DNA of 64,000 nt from Methanothrix sp. (GCA_037128175.1 JBAXWY010000002.1:83539-147538), one strand, 5' to 3'; shown: positions 40,327-51,372, counted from the stretch's first letter. The notes: generated by a model from the sequence alone, not told the origin. Numbers and translations: made by a program.

Positions 40327-40422
40327 TTGATCATTGGTTTACCTACTGATACCTTTGTTGGAGTCATAATTGTGCCTGTAGCCATCTCACTATTGCTCTT
40401 GATATGGGCTCTGCGGTGGTGA
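40327..40422 (+). CDS. small single-TM symporter accessory peptide (MIIGLPTDTFVGVIIVPVAISLLLLIWALRW)
   Basis: GGAGG RBS, TTG start (alternative ATG at 40312), TGATG coupling to the symporter. Confidence 0.6.
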   Translation: MIIGLPTDTFVGVIIVPVAISLLLLIWALRW

Positions 40423-41960
40423 TGGGTTTGGACTTTACTGGAACCATCATAATAGTACTATATTTCGTTGGCCTGGTGGCCATCGGAGCCATAGCCTCAA
40501 AGAAGATCAAGAACTCAGAGGATTTCCTGGTAGCAGGAAGAAATCTGGGCTTTTGGACCTTTACTCTACTAATTGTGGCCAGCATCTGCAGCGGCATGAC
40601 CATCCTCGGCGTTGCCGGTCTCGGTTATGCTACCGGCTGGCCCAGCATCTGGGAGCAGATCTTCGTGCCGCTCTCGGCTGCGGTCTGCATACTGTTCTTC
40701 GGAACCAAGCTGCACTCCGTCGCCTCCAGAACGGGCTACGTAACGGTGCAAGACTACTTCGCTCACCGCTTCTACAGCCCGAGAGGCATTCGCGGCACCT
40801 CGGCCATAATCGGCATTCTCATATCCATTATCTACCTGGTGGGGCAGTACGTCTCCATCAGCATGGTCCTGTCCTGGCTCTTCAAGATCCCCTATGAGTG
40901 GTCTCTAGTGATTGGCGCAGTCATCGTCATGGCCTACACCATCCTTGGCGGCCTTTACGCCATAGGCATGGCCTCCCTGGTGCAGGGGATAATGATACTG
41001 GCAGGAGTTCTGCTCGTGGGACCTGTAGTCATTTCCGCGGCGGGGGGACTGGAGCACATCAACCTGGTCCTGGCGGGCATCGATGTGAACATGACCAGTC
41101 TCTGGTATCCGCAAGCGCATCCGCCCTATGCCAAGTACGCCTTCCTGACGCCCGAGTACCTGGTGTCGTTCTTCTTCCTGCTCACTCTGGGGCTGGCGGC
41201 AGCACCGCACGTCGTGAACAACGTCCTGGCGGCCAGAGATGTAAAGTACTTCAAGTGGGCTCCTCTGGCAGCCTTCGTCATCTATGCCGTGATCATGTAC
41301 CTGTGCAAGATCACCGGCTTTGCGGCAAGGTCCATGGTCAGCGAAAAAATGATCGCCCTGCCCACGGGGGTCGCCAATCCTTCCGACTACAGCTTTATTG
41401 TGGCAGCGGAGCATGTATTCCCGACCTTCTTCGCGCCGTTGGTGGCCATAATAGTATTATCCGCAGTCATGTCTACCACGGACCGGCTCATGCTGACCAT
41501 CGGCAGCTACGTGAGCTGGGATGTTTACAAGCAGTTCGTCAATAAGGATGCGTCTGAGAAGTCGATCACCCTGCTCAGCCGGGTGGCCATTGGGATTTCC
41601 ACAGTCATTACGCTCTATCTGGCCTGGTCCAATCCGCCCGAGCTTTTGGCCTGGCTGATCTGGATGGCCATTGGCGTGATGCTGGCCTGTTTTGTAACGC
41701 CCCTATTTGCCGGGCTGTACTGGCGGCGGGCCACGCGCGAGGGGGCTCTTGCCTCTATGATTTTGGGGCTGGTGGGGGTATTTGCCTTCAGCTACTACGC
41801 CAAATTCATCGCGCCCATGCCCATGCACCCCAGCATATACGGATTTGCGATATCGCTGGCCGCCATGATTGTGGTTAGCTTGATGACCAAAAAACCGGAC
41901 GAGAAGCTACTGGATGAGACAAGCACCGGCATGTTCATCCGGGATCGCAAGAAGGCCTGA
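40422..41960 (+). CDS. sodium:solute symporter family protein
   Basis: DFLVAGR, YTILGG, SAVMST, GLYWRRAT; about 13 TM. Confidence 0.9.
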   Translation: MGLDFTGTIIIVLYFVGLVAIGAIASKKIKNSEDFLVAGRNLGFWTFTLLIVASICSGMTILGVAGLGYATGWPSIWEQIFVPLSAAVCILFFGTKLHSVASRTGYVTVQDYFAHRFYSPRGIRGTSAIIGILISIIYLVGQYVSISMVLSWLFKIPYEWSLVIGAVIVMAYTILGGLYAIGMASLVQGIMILAGVLLVGPVVISAAGGLEHINLVLAGIDVNMTSLWYPQAHPPYAKYAFLTPEYLVSFFFLLTLGLAAAPHVVNNVLAARDVKYFKWAPLAAFVIYAVIMYLCKITGFAARSMVSEKMIALPTGVANPSDYSFIVAAEHVFPTFFAPLVAIIVLSAVMSTTDRLMLTIGSYVSWDVYKQFVNKDASEKSITLLSRVAIGISTVITLYLAWSNPPELLAWLIWMAIGVMLACFVTPLFAGLYWRRATREGALASMILGLVGVFAFSYYAKFIAPMPMHPSIYGFAISLAAMIVVSLMTKKPDEKLLDETSTGMFIRDRKKA

Positions 41961-41970
41961 GCCGAAAAAA

Positions 41971-42006
41971 CCGGCCGGGCGGCTTCATTGAAGAGACCGC
42001 CTGGCC
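41971..42006. terminator. GC-rich hairpin between convergent genes
   Basis: GGCCGGGCGG...CCGCCTGGCC inverted repeat. Confidence 0.35.
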
Positions 42007-42059
42007 TTTGGCGACGGCGCATTAGTGTAGAGTCCTGAATGTTTGGACTCTATCCGTCT

Positions 42060-45000
42060 TCAAGTCCTCAATATCAGCATGAGTCCCTTTATCCACTCAT
42101 TCATCGCCTGTTTGGCTATGTTCATGTCGTCAAGCTCTTTCTCCTGGTGAGCTATGTACTCGTTTCGGAAAGAATAGATTCTGTCAACCGTATCCAGCAA
42201 ATCCGTTTTTGCCGCATCGACAAATGCAGCCTTTACCGCAGAGAAGATCCCGCCAGGAGGCGTTTTTGGATTCTTGGCATAATCCAAGCACCACTTCAAG
42301 AGGCCCATGGGCATGACACCGTCATTCTCGATGAGCGTCCTCTTCAGGTTATTCTCTTGCCTCTTGTAAAAGCTCTGGTCGCGGGGATGAAGGACGGTGA
42401 GATCCGGCTCGAAGAAGCGCTCCCGTTTCTTGGAGTCTTCAGGAATGGACTCTTTCAGGGTGAAGATAATGAAGGACTTGGCAGCTTCATCAATGGAGCC
42501 CAGGAGAGGAGTGAAGACGGCTGCATAGGATACATCGCTCTTCTTTTCCAGGAACGTGAAGAGGGCAATGGCTTCTTGTATGCCTTTCTTGTATTTGGGT
42601 GGCAAAAGATTGAGATCCTTTTCTGAGATAAACTCGTCCGTGGTGAGCTTTTCCAAATTGCCCTTTTCCAGGCTCAGGGGGGCCTCGATCTTCTCTTGAA
42701 TCAGGCTCTGCTTGGTGGGCTCGCAGAGGGATTCGAGCGTCTCCAGACGGGTGTCATCGATCTTGGCAAAGACCTCCTGGGGAACGTAAAGATATCTCCA
42801 CTCCAGGCTGCTGTGCGAGGCGGCACGGCACCAGGCATCGGCCGCCCGGATCTTGAGAGGCACATCGATGTCCACGCGGCCTTTGGTCTCCAGCATGACG
42901 TATTTCCCGCTGTCCAGCAGCATCAGGAAATCTGGGGTGTAGTGGGCCAGCCGGCCTGCATGGGTCTGGTAGTCGATGCGTACGGCCTCGGGTCCGGCAT
43001 TCTTGTCGAAAGCGACGACATCCGGGGCGCGGTCCAGGAACTGGGCCATCTCCTTCTCGAAGGCATTGGTGCAGGCCACCAGGTTGAAGGCGGTCTTGGC
43101 GGCCTCGATGGCCGGGTGGCGCTCGGAGTGGTTGGCCTGGAAAGGTTTCCAGGTGACAATGGACTTGCTCTGGCCAAGGGCTCTTTGCTCCAGCTTGATG
43201 GTGCTCTTGCTGAGAATAAGGGGCACGAAGACAGCCCGGATGTGCTCACGCACGTCCCGATCGCCTAACCGGTTGATGAGCTGCTGGTCAAAAAGGGTGA
43301 ACCTCTGGCCAAAGAGCATCTCGGTGAGGAAGATCTCCAGCAGAGGAGCAAGCGAGGAGTGCAGGCCGTGCAGCCCGGTGATGTGCTCCAGCTCGTCCCG
43401 GAAGAAGGAGATGGCGCCGATGCCGCTCTCCAGAAGGGGCAGCTTAATGGTCATCTCCTCTACGATCTCATTGGTGAGAAGGTGGCGGCCTTCGTAGTGA
43501 ATCTCATCCTGGGATTGCTCTTTTAGCGCCAGTGGTTTCAGACTGGAAAATTGCCTTCGCACGTCCTCAACGGTCAGGCCGTCCAGTTTCGGTATGCGGG
43601 TGTAGGCAGGGGAGACTGTGGGAAGGAGCAGGTCAAGCTTGTTGAGATCCTTGTGCTCGCCATCGGGAAAGATGCTCACGGTGATTTGTGGGATCTCGTC
43701 CACAGTGGCCACCGTTGGGTAGACGCCTTCTTCCCCTAGCTGCTTTTCGTAAAGCGATATGAAGACAGGATGCTCGATTACCGTGAGGATCTCGGCGGGG
43801 CCGCCGGGAAAGGTCATGCGGCGCAGGCCCCGGCCCAGGGTTTGCTCGGGAAGAATGTTGGCTTTGGAGGTAAAGGGCCGCAGTGGAACGATAGTAGTAA
43901 CATTCTTCACGTCCCACCCTTCTCGCAGCATGAGCACGGAGACGATGCAGCGGTAAGGGCTGGTGCCCAGATCCAGTTCTCGGGATAGCTTTCTCAGCTC
44001 TCGCAGGTCCTCGTCGCTGATCTCCTTCTCGCTGGGATCGAATACCGGGATGCAGTCCTTCTTGGGGCCGATCCACTTGATCTTTCCTTTGAGGCGGGTG
44101 TGCAGGTTGATGGTCCGGTTGTTAAGCTCTGGATAGAGTGGGCTGTTGTTCAATTCCTGGGCGATCTGGTCGGCAGCTTCAGTGTCCTCGGTCATGATGA
44201 AGAGCAGCGCCTTCTTGCCGCTCCTTTCCCATTCCGCTTTGGAGAGGCTCCAGCGTTTGTAGCCGATCATGAGGTGCTGCTGGAACCGGCTGGCGGCATC
44301 GCCGCTGGGGTGCTCCACCAGGCCGTCGCCTCTGCCGATGACCGGGATTTTGACTATCCCAGCATCCACGGCCTCGCCCAGTGGCGTGTCGCAGATGACG
44401 TGCTGGAAGATGTGGCCGTGGTTGTCCTTGGGAGTGGCCGAAAAGTCGAGCTGGGCTACAATGCCGCCTTCTCCGCCGCTCTTCTCCTGGATTTTCTCCG
44501 AAACGTATTCGATGGCCTCGTTCCAGGCGCTGTCTTTGTCCCAGAGGTGGTGGGCCTCGTCGTTGAGAACCATGAGCCGCTGGTGGCTCGTCACGCGCTC
44601 CCGCAGGGCCTCGCCCGTGTCCAGCGCGCGGGCGCGGGAGACGGCCGGTCCCAGCCAGTCGTGCGTCTCTACCGCCTTCTTGCCCTTTCGGTTGGAGAGA
44701 TCGTAAAGGCGGTGGATGTTGGTGAGGTAAATTTTGCCGCCCGTGGCCGCCCCGCCCGCTTCATCCTGTAAGGATATCGACATGTTCCAGTCGCCCCGCC
44801 AGGCGGCGGGGATGAGCGGGTCGGTCTCGAAGATCTTGCCGTCTCCGAAGTCCTCCTTGAGCCGCTCGAAGACGGTGATGTTGGGGGCGATGATGAGAAA
44901 GTCGCGGGCCAGGGTCGAGCCCTCTTCATATAGGGAATGGAAGTAGCTCCAGACGATTGTTAGGCTCATCACTTTGGTCTTGCCTGAGCCGGTGGCCATC

Positions 45001-45527
45001 TTGAAGGCATACTTGGGCCAGAGGTCGTCCTTGGGGTTGACGCCTAAGGCAGAGTCGTAAGCATCGTCCTGGAAGAATTCGGCGGTCAGGTTGGAGAGGG
45101 TTGTGATGGACCGGATCTCGTAGAGATAAATGAAGGTCTCAACTGCCTCTCTCTGGCAGTAGTAGTAACGGAAGGGGAACTGTTCGCCTTCGTTATTTTG
45201 CAGGATGTGCTCCTCATCAAACCAGTAGTGGAGAAGTTCGCGGCTGGTATCGGAGGCTCCGGGATAGTCGCTCTCCCGCCACAGCCGGACAAAGCGGCGC
45301 AAATTCTGGGCAAGGGGGATGTTGGAAGGCCGCCTGCCCAGTTCGATCTTGGCCGGGTCGCCTTTTTTGTCGGCAGGAGCGCGGTAGCGGAAAGGCTCCT
45401 CGTGCGGAGAAAAGAGGGGCTCCAGGGCAGCCGGATTGATGACCGGGCTTGCTGTGTTAGTAATAGTAGTATTGTTAGTAGTGCTGGTAGTATTAGTAGT
45501 ATCTGACTTTTCAGATGGCTCAGTCAT
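42060..45527 (-). CDS. res: type III restriction enzyme Res subunit with C-terminal HEPN-like extension
   Basis: [34 protein letters not shown]...ETKG nuclease; extra ~200 aa ending in RNEYIAH. Confidence 0.85.
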   Translation of the reverse strand: MTEPSEKSDTTNTTSTTNNTTITNTASPVINPAALEPLFSPHEEPFRYRAPADKKGDPAKIELGRRPSNIPLAQNLRRFVRLWRESDYPGASDTSRELLHYWFDEEHILQNNEGEQFPFRYYYCQREAVETFIYLYEIRSITTLSNLTAEFFQDDAYDSALGVNPKDDLWPKYAFKMATGSGKTKVMSLTIVWSYFHSLYEEGSTLARDFLIIAPNITVFERLKEDFGDGKIFETDPLIPAAWRGDWNMSISLQDEAGGAATGGKIYLTNIHRLYDLSNRKGKKAVETHDWLGPAVSRARALDTGEALRERVTSHQRLMVLNDEAHHLWDKDSAWNEAIEYVSEKIQEKSGGEGGIVAQLDFSATPKDNHGHIFQHVICDTPLGEAVDAGIVKIPVIGRGDGLVEHPSGDAASRFQQHLMIGYKRWSLSKAEWERSGKKALLFIMTEDTEAADQIAQELNNSPLYPELNNRTINLHTRLKGKIKWIGPKKDCIPVFDPSEKEISDEDLRELRKLSRELDLGTSPYRCIVSVLMLREGWDVKNVTTIVPLRPFTSKANILPEQTLGRGLRRMTFPGGPAEILTVIEHPVFISLYEKQLGEEGVYPTVATVDEIPQITVSIFPDGEHKDLNKLDLLLPTVSPAYTRIPKLDGLTVEDVRRQFSSLKPLALKEQSQDEIHYEGRHLLTNEIVEEMTIKLPLLESGIGAISFFRDELEHITGLHGLHSSLAPLLEIFLTEMLFGQRFTLFDQQLINRLGDRDVREHIRAVFVPLILSKSTIKLEQRALGQSKSIVTWKPFQANHSERHPAIEAAKTAFNLVACTNAFEKEMAQFLDRAPDVVAFDKNAGPEAVRIDYQTHAGRLAHYTPDFLMLLDSGKYVMLETKGRVDIDVPLKIRAADAWCRAASHSSLEWRYLYVPQEVFAKIDDTRLETLESLCEPTKQSLIQEKIEAPLSLEKGNLEKLTTDEFISEKDLNLLPPKYKKGIQEAIALFTFLEKKSDVSYAAVFTPLLGSIDEAAKSFIIFTLKESIPEDSKKRERFFEPDLTVLHPRDQSFYKRQENNLKRTLIENDGVMPMGLLKWCLDYAKNPKTPPGGIFSAVKAAFVDAAKTDLLDTVDRIYSFRNEYIAHQEKELDDMNIAKQAMNEWIKGLMLILRT

Positions 45528-47583
45528 AGCGCACCTCCACTACAATGCTGGTGTCGCAGCCGAAGATATCCACCACTTTCACGCAGGCCCGGTAGACGCC
45601 CTTTTTGGGGTAGCCGTCGAAGAGGGCGTCGCTGGTCGTCTTAAGCTTTCGGTCCTTGCGGGTGCGGTAGTCCTGCCAGTGGTGCTCGAAGGGCCGATCC
45701 TCCTGCCAGTTGAAGTCCACTGCCCAAAAGTCGATGAAGTCAAAGCCGTCTTTGGCGGCCCTTTCCTTCAAGGCAGCCAGCTCTTTGCTGGGCACCTCGG
45801 CCAGGGAGGGCAGGAATCTCTTGAGCCGGATGTCAACCTTCCTTTTACCGCCCACTTTGCTGTAGACGGCCTCTGCCTCCAGCACGGCCACCTCGAAGAA
45901 GGGCGGGGCGTCGGTGCGATTCTTTTCCATGATCTCCCGGGGAATGGTGAGCAGCCGGATGTGCACGCCCTCGGAGGCCTCGATCTCCTGCGCCACGAGC
46001 CTCAGGTCCATCTCAAACTCCCAGGCCAGGCAGTGCAGCTCCCGGCCCCCGGCGGCGTGTGCTTCCTGGGCTGCGGCCCGCACCTCGTCTCGGGTCAGCA
46101 GCGAGTCAATGCTGTCCACGTAGACAAAGGCCCCGCCCTTGCGCCCGTGCAGCCAGGTCGTAGGGCGCGCTAGCGGCTCAGCCTTGTAGAAGCCCAGGAC
46201 CACGCGCCGGTGGTCGCTGTCATAGCCTTGCAGCCTTTCCCGTTGCCACCACTGCCGCTCGTAGCGGCCCAGATTGTAGACATCAAAGGCCCGGTAGGAT
46301 TTGCCGTTCGCCTGGAGCTTGCGCTGCAATTCAATGAGCCTTTTGCGGCTGGTGTGGATGGCAAAACGGCCCAGGTCGCACATGATCCAGCGGCGACCCA
46401 GGCGCTCGGCCACAGCGCCCGTGGTGCCGGAGCCGCAGAAGAAGTCGGCCACGAGGTCGCCTTCGTTGGAGGATGTTTGTACTATCCTCTCCAGCAACGT
46501 TTCAGGCTTTTGTGTTGGATAAAATGCCCGTTCATCATCTCTTGCACCGAGACCTGCTAGGCTTTTAACATCATCCCAGAAATCTTGGATGGGCTTTCCA
46601 GGCATTTCATCCAAGTAACGTTTATACTTAGGAACAGTCCCTGGTTTTGTTTGAACAACTCGTCCTTCTTTTATCAATTGTGCCATACGCACTTTGCTAT
46701 AACGCCAATAACGGGTTACACCCATGACTTCGTACTGCGGATTTCCTTTAGCAGCACCACCGGGGCCCTGCAAGTTATCCAGCCAATAACGTCGTTCCGT
46801 TCCATTTTCGATGTATTTGTAATAGGTATCAATATAATCTTGCGAATAGGGACTATATTGCTGATTAAATGCCGCCCCCTCGCTTTTTCTGAAGTAGAAA
46901 ATCGTCTCGTGAATCCGTCCAAAGTGCTCTGAACCTTGCTTGGAATCGTTATGAGAATACCCTCTTCGCCAAACTATTTCGTTAACAAAATTTTCTTTGC
47001 CAAAGATATCTTCTCCAATCAATCTCACAGATTGACTGACTTCTTGGCCCACGTGAACATACAGGCTTCCTTTTTCTGAAAGAAGTTCTTTCATCAAAGA
47101 CAGTCTTTCAAATAACATCTGGAGGTATGAGTCGCTTCCTTTTCCCCACATGTCCTTGTAAGCAACCGTCTCCAAAAGGGACTGATCTTTGCCGACTGCA
47201 TCTTTATCATCGCCGATCGGCACCTGCATCGTGAAATCCGCCCCCACATCGAAGGGCGGGTCGATGTAGATCAGATCGATCTTGCCCCGAAATTCCTTGA
47301 GCAGCGAGGCTATGACCAGCTTGTTGTCGCCCCAGATGAGTCGGTTTCGAAAGTCCTCCTGCAAGGTGGTGGAAAGCTCCCCAAAAGTGGTCTGGCCGGA
47401 TGCTAGGGCTTCACTCCTGGGCATGTCCACCGTCTCGATCTTCTGCATGGGCATGGCTACCCCGGCCACGTCCACGCTGCGACGGCGACCGTACTCGTCG
47501 TACTTGCCATCCCAGACCAACTCGGTCCTCATTTGAGAGAGAGGATGGGGATTGTCCGGCCCCCAGCGGACAGGGTCAGGCAT
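45520..47583 (-). CDS. mod: type III R-M DNA methyltransferase (Mod)
   Basis: YIDPPF (motif IV), [15 protein letters not shown] (motif I), beta-class order, VKVVDIFG C-terminus; overlaps res. Confidence 0.88.
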   Translation of the reverse strand: MPDPVRWGPDNPHPLSQMRTELVWDGKYDEYGRRRSVDVAGVAMPMQKIETVDMPRSEALASGQTTFGELSTTLQEDFRNRLIWGDNKLVIASLLKEFRGKIDLIYIDPPFDVGADFTMQVPIGDDKDAVGKDQSLLETVAYKDMWGKGSDSYLQMLFERLSLMKELLSEKGSLYVHVGQEVSQSVRLIGEDIFGKENFVNEIVWRRGYSHNDSKQGSEHFGRIHETIFYFRKSEGAAFNQQYSPYSQDYIDTYYKYIENGTERRYWLDNLQGPGGAAKGNPQYEVMGVTRYWRYSKVRMAQLIKEGRVVQTKPGTVPKYKRYLDEMPGKPIQDFWDDVKSLAGLGARDDERAFYPTQKPETLLERIVQTSSNEGDLVADFFCGSGTTGAVAERLGRRWIMCDLGRFAIHTSRKRLIELQRKLQANGKSYRAFDVYNLGRYERQWWQRERLQGYDSDHRRVVLGFYKAEPLARPTTWLHGRKGGAFVYVDSIDSLLTRDEVRAAAQEAHAAGGRELHCLAWEFEMDLRLVAQEIEASEGVHIRLLTIPREIMEKNRTDAPPFFEVAVLEAEAVYSKVGGKRKVDIRLKRFLPSLAEVPSKELAALKERAAKDGFDFIDFWAVDFNWQEDRPFEHHWQDYRTRKDRKLKTTSDALFDGYPKKGVYRACVKVVDIFGCDTSIVVEVRYD

Positions 47584-47732
47584 GGGGGTGGGGCTCCGGG
47601 CAGGGAAAGGTGATCGGAAAAGCGAGGCATGACTTCAAAATGAGATTATGGGACTTGTGGCTCAAGGTCAATTACTATTATCCTCCCGATGACGGCTTTC
47701 TGGCGGCTAACGGGAAAAAGCTTTTGCATGAA

Positions 47733-48945
47733 GTCAACTACCCACGAATAAATTCGTGGGCTTGCGGCTCCGCAAAAAATCGGGCCACGATGGGCATATT
47801 GACTGATGCCCGTGCAGCTATATTCCGAGCTGCAACTATGTCTGCTGGATCAGAGAAACCACAGCAGATACAGCAAAATTCATCCCTAGTAGGACGGTTG
47901 GATCGAGAGATATGATGGCAGATCGGACATTCTTGAGATGTATAGGCAGGATCAATGTAAGCAACTGGTACACCAGCAATGGCTGCCTTGTAGCCGATAA
48001 ACTGCCTGAGCTGATCAAAACTCCAAGAGCTATGTCTATGTCTCTGAACCTTAGTTTGGACCGTTGTCCTCTCTCGGATGCCTTTGAGATCTTCAAGGGC
48101 GATCAAAGAAGAGGTGTCTATGGCTTTCTTGACAAGCTTCTTGGAAATGCAATGATTGGTGTCTCTCTTGAACCGGGATTCATGACCCGAAAGTTTCTTA
48201 AGATGCTTTTTGGCACTATCGCTACCACAACTTTGAAGCGATGCTTTGAGATTATCAAGTTTGGCTCTGGTCTTGTCGATCTTTTTCCCTGAGAAAGTTT
48301 CTCCTGTAGAATCTACAGCGATGTTCTTAATTCCGAGATCGACACCAAGAACATTCGTTGGAACGATGAGGACAGGTTCAGGAACCTCGACGATGACACA
48401 AAGATAGAACTCTTTGTTTCTGAAAATCAAATCTGCTTGTCCCTTAATTCGATCCAATCTCGGAGCATGATAATCACAAATCTTAACGGGAGCCTTGATT
48501 CTACCATGAACAGTCAACAACGAAACCGTATCCAGCCCTTTCCAAGAGAGGATTCTTTGGTCGTAGATGACGGCTCCATTGAGATCAAAGGTTGGTTTGA
48601 TAGACTTATCTCGTTTATAGGCCTCGCAAGCTTTAGAAATGGCTCTAACTGCCATTTGGGAGGATATACCAAACTTCTCACGGATATCATGATAAACAAT
48701 GGGCTGCAACTTGATTTTATTGGCTGTATGCATTTGAAAAGCAATTTCAGCTACATAGTTGCAAGCAGCATTGAACTGATGCATAGTCTCATGGAGAGCC
48801 TTCGCTTGCTCTGGTTCAACTACAACTTTGACTTTGAGAGTTTGCATCATGATAGTATAGACATATATGATCAATGTCATAAATACTTAACGTCCGGGAG
48901 TGTCCAATTCCTCCATCGAATAAATTCGTGGCCTCCTTGGACGAA
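47733..48945 (-). mobile_element. IS200/IS605-family tnpB-only element (E2)
   Basis: matching subterminal hairpins CCCACGAATAAATTCGTGGG (47741-47760) and CCATCGAATAAATTCGTGG (48913-48931); left boundary approximate. Confidence 0.8.
47738..48850 (-). CDS. tnpB: RNA-guided endonuclease TnpB
   Basis: GVDLG / ALEDL / PADIVAA RuvC, TSQECPIC...CICC Zn finger. Confidence 0.92.
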   Translation of the reverse strand: MMQTLKVKVVVEPEQAKALHETMHQFNAACNYVAEIAFQMHTANKIKLQPIVYHDIREKFGISSQMAVRAISKACEAYKRDKSIKPTFDLNGAVIYDQRILSWKGLDTVSLLTVHGRIKAPVKICDYHAPRLDRIKGQADLIFRNKEFYLCVIVEVPEPVLIVPTNVLGVDLGIKNIAVDSTGETFSGKKIDKTRAKLDNLKASLQSCGSDSAKKHLKKLSGHESRFKRDTNHCISKKLVKKAIDTSSLIALEDLKGIRERTTVQTKVQRHRHSSWSFDQLRQFIGYKAAIAGVPVAYIDPAYTSQECPICHHISRSNRPTRDEFCCICCGFSDPADIVAARNIAARASVNMPIVARFFAEPQAHEFIRG

Positions 48946-49003
48946 CGATCGTGATAGGAAGAATATTTAAGTCTACGAGTCCATTAAAACAGAAGGCTAA
49001 ATT

Positions 49004-49195
49004 ATGAGTGCATCCAAGACCATTGAATGCGTTTATGAACGTGGTGTCTTAAGGCCGCTGCACGAGGTTGACTTTAGAGAGGGAGAGAAATTGAAGCTTA
49101 CTGTAAAAAAATTCGACATCTCTAAATTCTGCGGAGCATTCGGCGAAGGTTCTATGGAAGAGTTTGAAACGTTTGAAGAAGAGGCCCAGATGTGA
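49004..49195 (+). CDS. vapB: AF2212-like antitoxin
   Basis: IECVYERGVLRPL...EGE motif; overlaps the PIN gene. Confidence 0.85.
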   Translation: MSASKTIECVYERGVLRPLHEVDFREGEKLKLTVKKFDISKFCGAFGEGSMEEFETFEEEAQM

Positions 49196-49647
49196 TTTTC
49201 GTCGATACAAATGTGCTTTACAGCGTCCTGGTGAAAACGAAGTTTAGTAAATCTGCCCAAGACATTATTTTAATGCCGTCCGATCTGGCAACTTCAGCAA
49301 CCGTTTTAAGTGAGCTGGTCTTTATTTCCATTCGCAAGCTTTGCAAGGAACGATATGGAACTAACAACTACTCCGAATTCCGAAGAGCCATCGTTCACAA
49401 TGGCTACGGTCCTTTCAAAGAGGATTTGGATCTGATTTTCAGGCTTGTTGAGGAGAGAGACATTTTAGTGCTTCCGATCAACGATAACCTTGATGATTGG
49501 AGCAACGCCATGATCAGGTACAACCTCATGCCTAATGATGCAATGATCGCCTCGACCTGTCTCAAGCATGAGATCTCTAAAATTGCCACTTTTGATAGCG
49601 ACTTTCTAAGAGTAGACTGGCTGAGTGTAATAGATCAAAACAAGTGA
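49192..49647 (+). CDS. vapC: PIN domain toxin
   Basis: FVDTNV, E, PNDA.I, ATFDSDF. Confidence 0.9.
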   Translation: MIFVDTNVLYSVLVKTKFSKSAQDIILMPSDLATSATVLSELVFISIRKLCKERYGTNNYSEFRRAIVHNGYGPFKEDLDLIFRLVEERDILVLPINDNLDDWSNAMIRYNLMPNDAMIASTCLKHEISKIATFDSDFLRVDWLSVIDQNK

Positions 49648-49685
49648 CTGCTAATGGCCTACCTGCACGGAAAATATAAGCCCAC

Positions 49686-49793
49686 CAGGGTGGTCTCGCC
49701 GGATGCCAGTGGCTCACTCCCGGGGCTGCGGTCCACCGTCTCGATCTTCTGCATGGGCATGGCGCTGCCAGCGATATCCACGCTGCGGCGACG
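49686..49793 (-). pseudogene. fragment of a second mod gene 5' end
   Basis: translates [21 protein letters not shown]...LASGETT versus [21 protein letters not shown]...LASGQTT in mod (47387-47489). Confidence 0.8.
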
Positions 49794-49885
49794 GATGGGT
49801 ATGGAAAGTCAAAGCTTTCGGGACTCCACCTCGAAGGCATAGGAGCGATAAGATCTAATATGACGAGGAGATATTGAAAGGCGCA

Positions 49886-49959
49886 GGGCCCGTGGTCTAG
49901 CTGGTTATGACATCGCCCTTACACGGCGGGGATCACGCGTTCGAATCGCGTCGGGCCCA
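49886..49959 (+). tRNA. tRNA-Val(TAC)
   Basis: GGGCCCG/CGGGCCC acceptor stem, CT-TAC-AC anticodon loop, TTCGAA T-loop. Confidence 0.93.
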
Positions 49960-50039
49960 TATCCTCAATCGTTTTCGCTCTTTGTTATTTCTAGAGTATA
50001 ACCTCAGGTTACTATGTTTTTTAGTTGTTAGTTCGTCGC

Positions 50040-50112
50040 TCTCTGTGCGTCCTCTGTGAACTCTGTGATCTCTGTGGTTGAAAACGTCGTTAGCCGCTGG
50101 TTATAACAAAAT
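50040..50112 (-). repeat. dispersed CACAGAG-type repeat, copy 3
   Basis: four CTCTGTG units at 9-11 nt spacing followed by GTTGAAAACGTCGTTAGCCGCTGGTTATAAC. Confidence 0.7.
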
Positions 50113-50127
50113 GGTTTCGAACTAAAT

Positions 50128-51372
50128 TCAAAGCAAGAATAGCGCAACGAGCCCCACCACTACCGTTGGCAGGAAGATCACCGCCATCTTGTTGCCAAAC
50201 TCCCTGGTCCCCAGCACGTAAGCCAGGACGAGCTTGACCAGGGTGTTGGTTATGGCGGCCAGGGTGATGGTGGTAACGGCCACGGCGGGAACGACGGTCG
50301 AATGAGCCAGGGAGGCCATGGTAAGAGCAATGGCATCGACATCCGCCAGCCCGGAGACTATGCCTGCCGCATAAATTCCAGCATCGCCGAAGTAAACGTT
50401 GGCCAGCTTGGAAATGATGAGCACAAAGGCGAAGAATGCGCCGAACTTCAATGCGGGTATGATGCGAAAGGGATCTTTCACCGGCACATCTTTTCCCTGC
50501 GGGGCGTTCTTTCTGACCAGCAAATAAGCCAGCGCCGCGCCCACAAACGTCATGAGCAGCAGATGGGGCAAAAGGGCGAAGAAGAGATCCCTGTTTACCA
50601 GCAATACGATGAAGAGGATTCGGGGGAACATGGTGCAGCTCGCGATGGCCGTGGCGAAGACGGCGGAGGGCAGTATCTCGGGGCTCTCCCTCACCTCCGC
50701 GGCCATGGAAGAGGTAACGGCGGTGCTGGATACCAGGCCGCCCAGGATGCCCGTTAGGCTTAGGCCCCTCTCCGCACCCAGGATGCGTATCGCGATGTAG
50801 CCCACGTAGCCGATGAGGCTGACCAGCACCACGAAGAGCCAGATCTGGCGGGGGTTGAGCACACCCCAGGGGCCCAGGGGCGTCTCGGGCAAGAGCGGGT
50901 AGATGACCAGGGCGATTATGCCCATCTTCAGGGTATCGAGCAGATCCGTCTCGCTTAGCACTTCTACATAATGGTGCGTGATAGTTCGCGTGGCCAGAAC
51001 CCAAGTGGTGATGATGGACAGGGCTACCGCTAATTGCATGCTCTCGGGAAAGCCGGCCAGCATTCCCAAAGCGAAGGTGACAACGGCAGCCACTGCTGCT
51101 GTGAAATCGACTCTGCCCAGAGTGCTGATCGAAGCGGCATATCCTACGGCCACCAGGATGGTGAAGGTGGCCATGGATGCCATGGCAAAGCCGGAGCCGA
51201 AATGGACGGCCAGGGCGGAGCATAAAGAGCCCAGCAGGGCGATCAAGACGAAGGTGCGTAGACCTGCCACGCCCCGCACCTTATCTTCAACCAGTCGGCG
51301 CTGCCGTTCCGTGCCGATGAGTGCGCCTATGAGCAGGGCGACGAGAAAAGGGTAGATATCGGCGAAGTCCAT
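50128..51372 (-). CDS. MgtC/SapB-DUF4010 membrane protein
   Basis: IGTER, AGLRTF, GGLVSSTA, GLADVDA. Confidence 0.87.
   Translation of the reverse strand: MDFADIYPFLVALLIGALIGTERQRRLVEDKVRGVAGLRTFVLIALLGSLCSALAVHFGSGFAMASMATFTILVAVGYAASISTLGRVDFTAAVAAVVTFALGMLAGFPESMQLAVALSIITTWVLATRTITHHYVEVLSETDLLDTLKMGIIALVIYPLLPETPLGPWGVLNPRQIWLFVVLVSLIGYVGYIAIRILGAERGLSLTGILGGLVSSTAVTSSMAAEVRESPEILPSAVFATAIASCTMFPRILFIVLLVNRDLFFALLPHLLLMTFVGAALAYLLVRKNAPQGKDVPVKDPFRIIPALKFGAFFAFVLIISKLANVYFGDAGIYAAGIVSGLADVDAIALTMASLAHSTVVPAVAVTTITLAAITNTLVKLVLAYVLGTREFGNKMAVIFLPTVVVGLVALFLL

Noticed and set aside
45455-45502. Thr/Asn-coding low-complexity tract at the res start as a phase-variation switch
   Set aside because: Imperfect triplet repeats would not shift the frame; likely a disordered linker
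49654-49842. 62-aa plus-strand ORF after vapC
   Set aside because: It is the antisense reading of the mod fragment
41961-49959. tRNA-Val-integrated element with att sites
   Set aside because: No integrase and no duplicated tRNA end found by eye; the island lies on the 5' side of the tRNA
50090-51223. 377-aa alternative-frame ORF and similar shadow ORFs (e.g. 1186-2013, 26770-27615, 58377-59165)
   Set aside because: They overlap well-supported genes; typical high-GC off-frame or antisense artefacts
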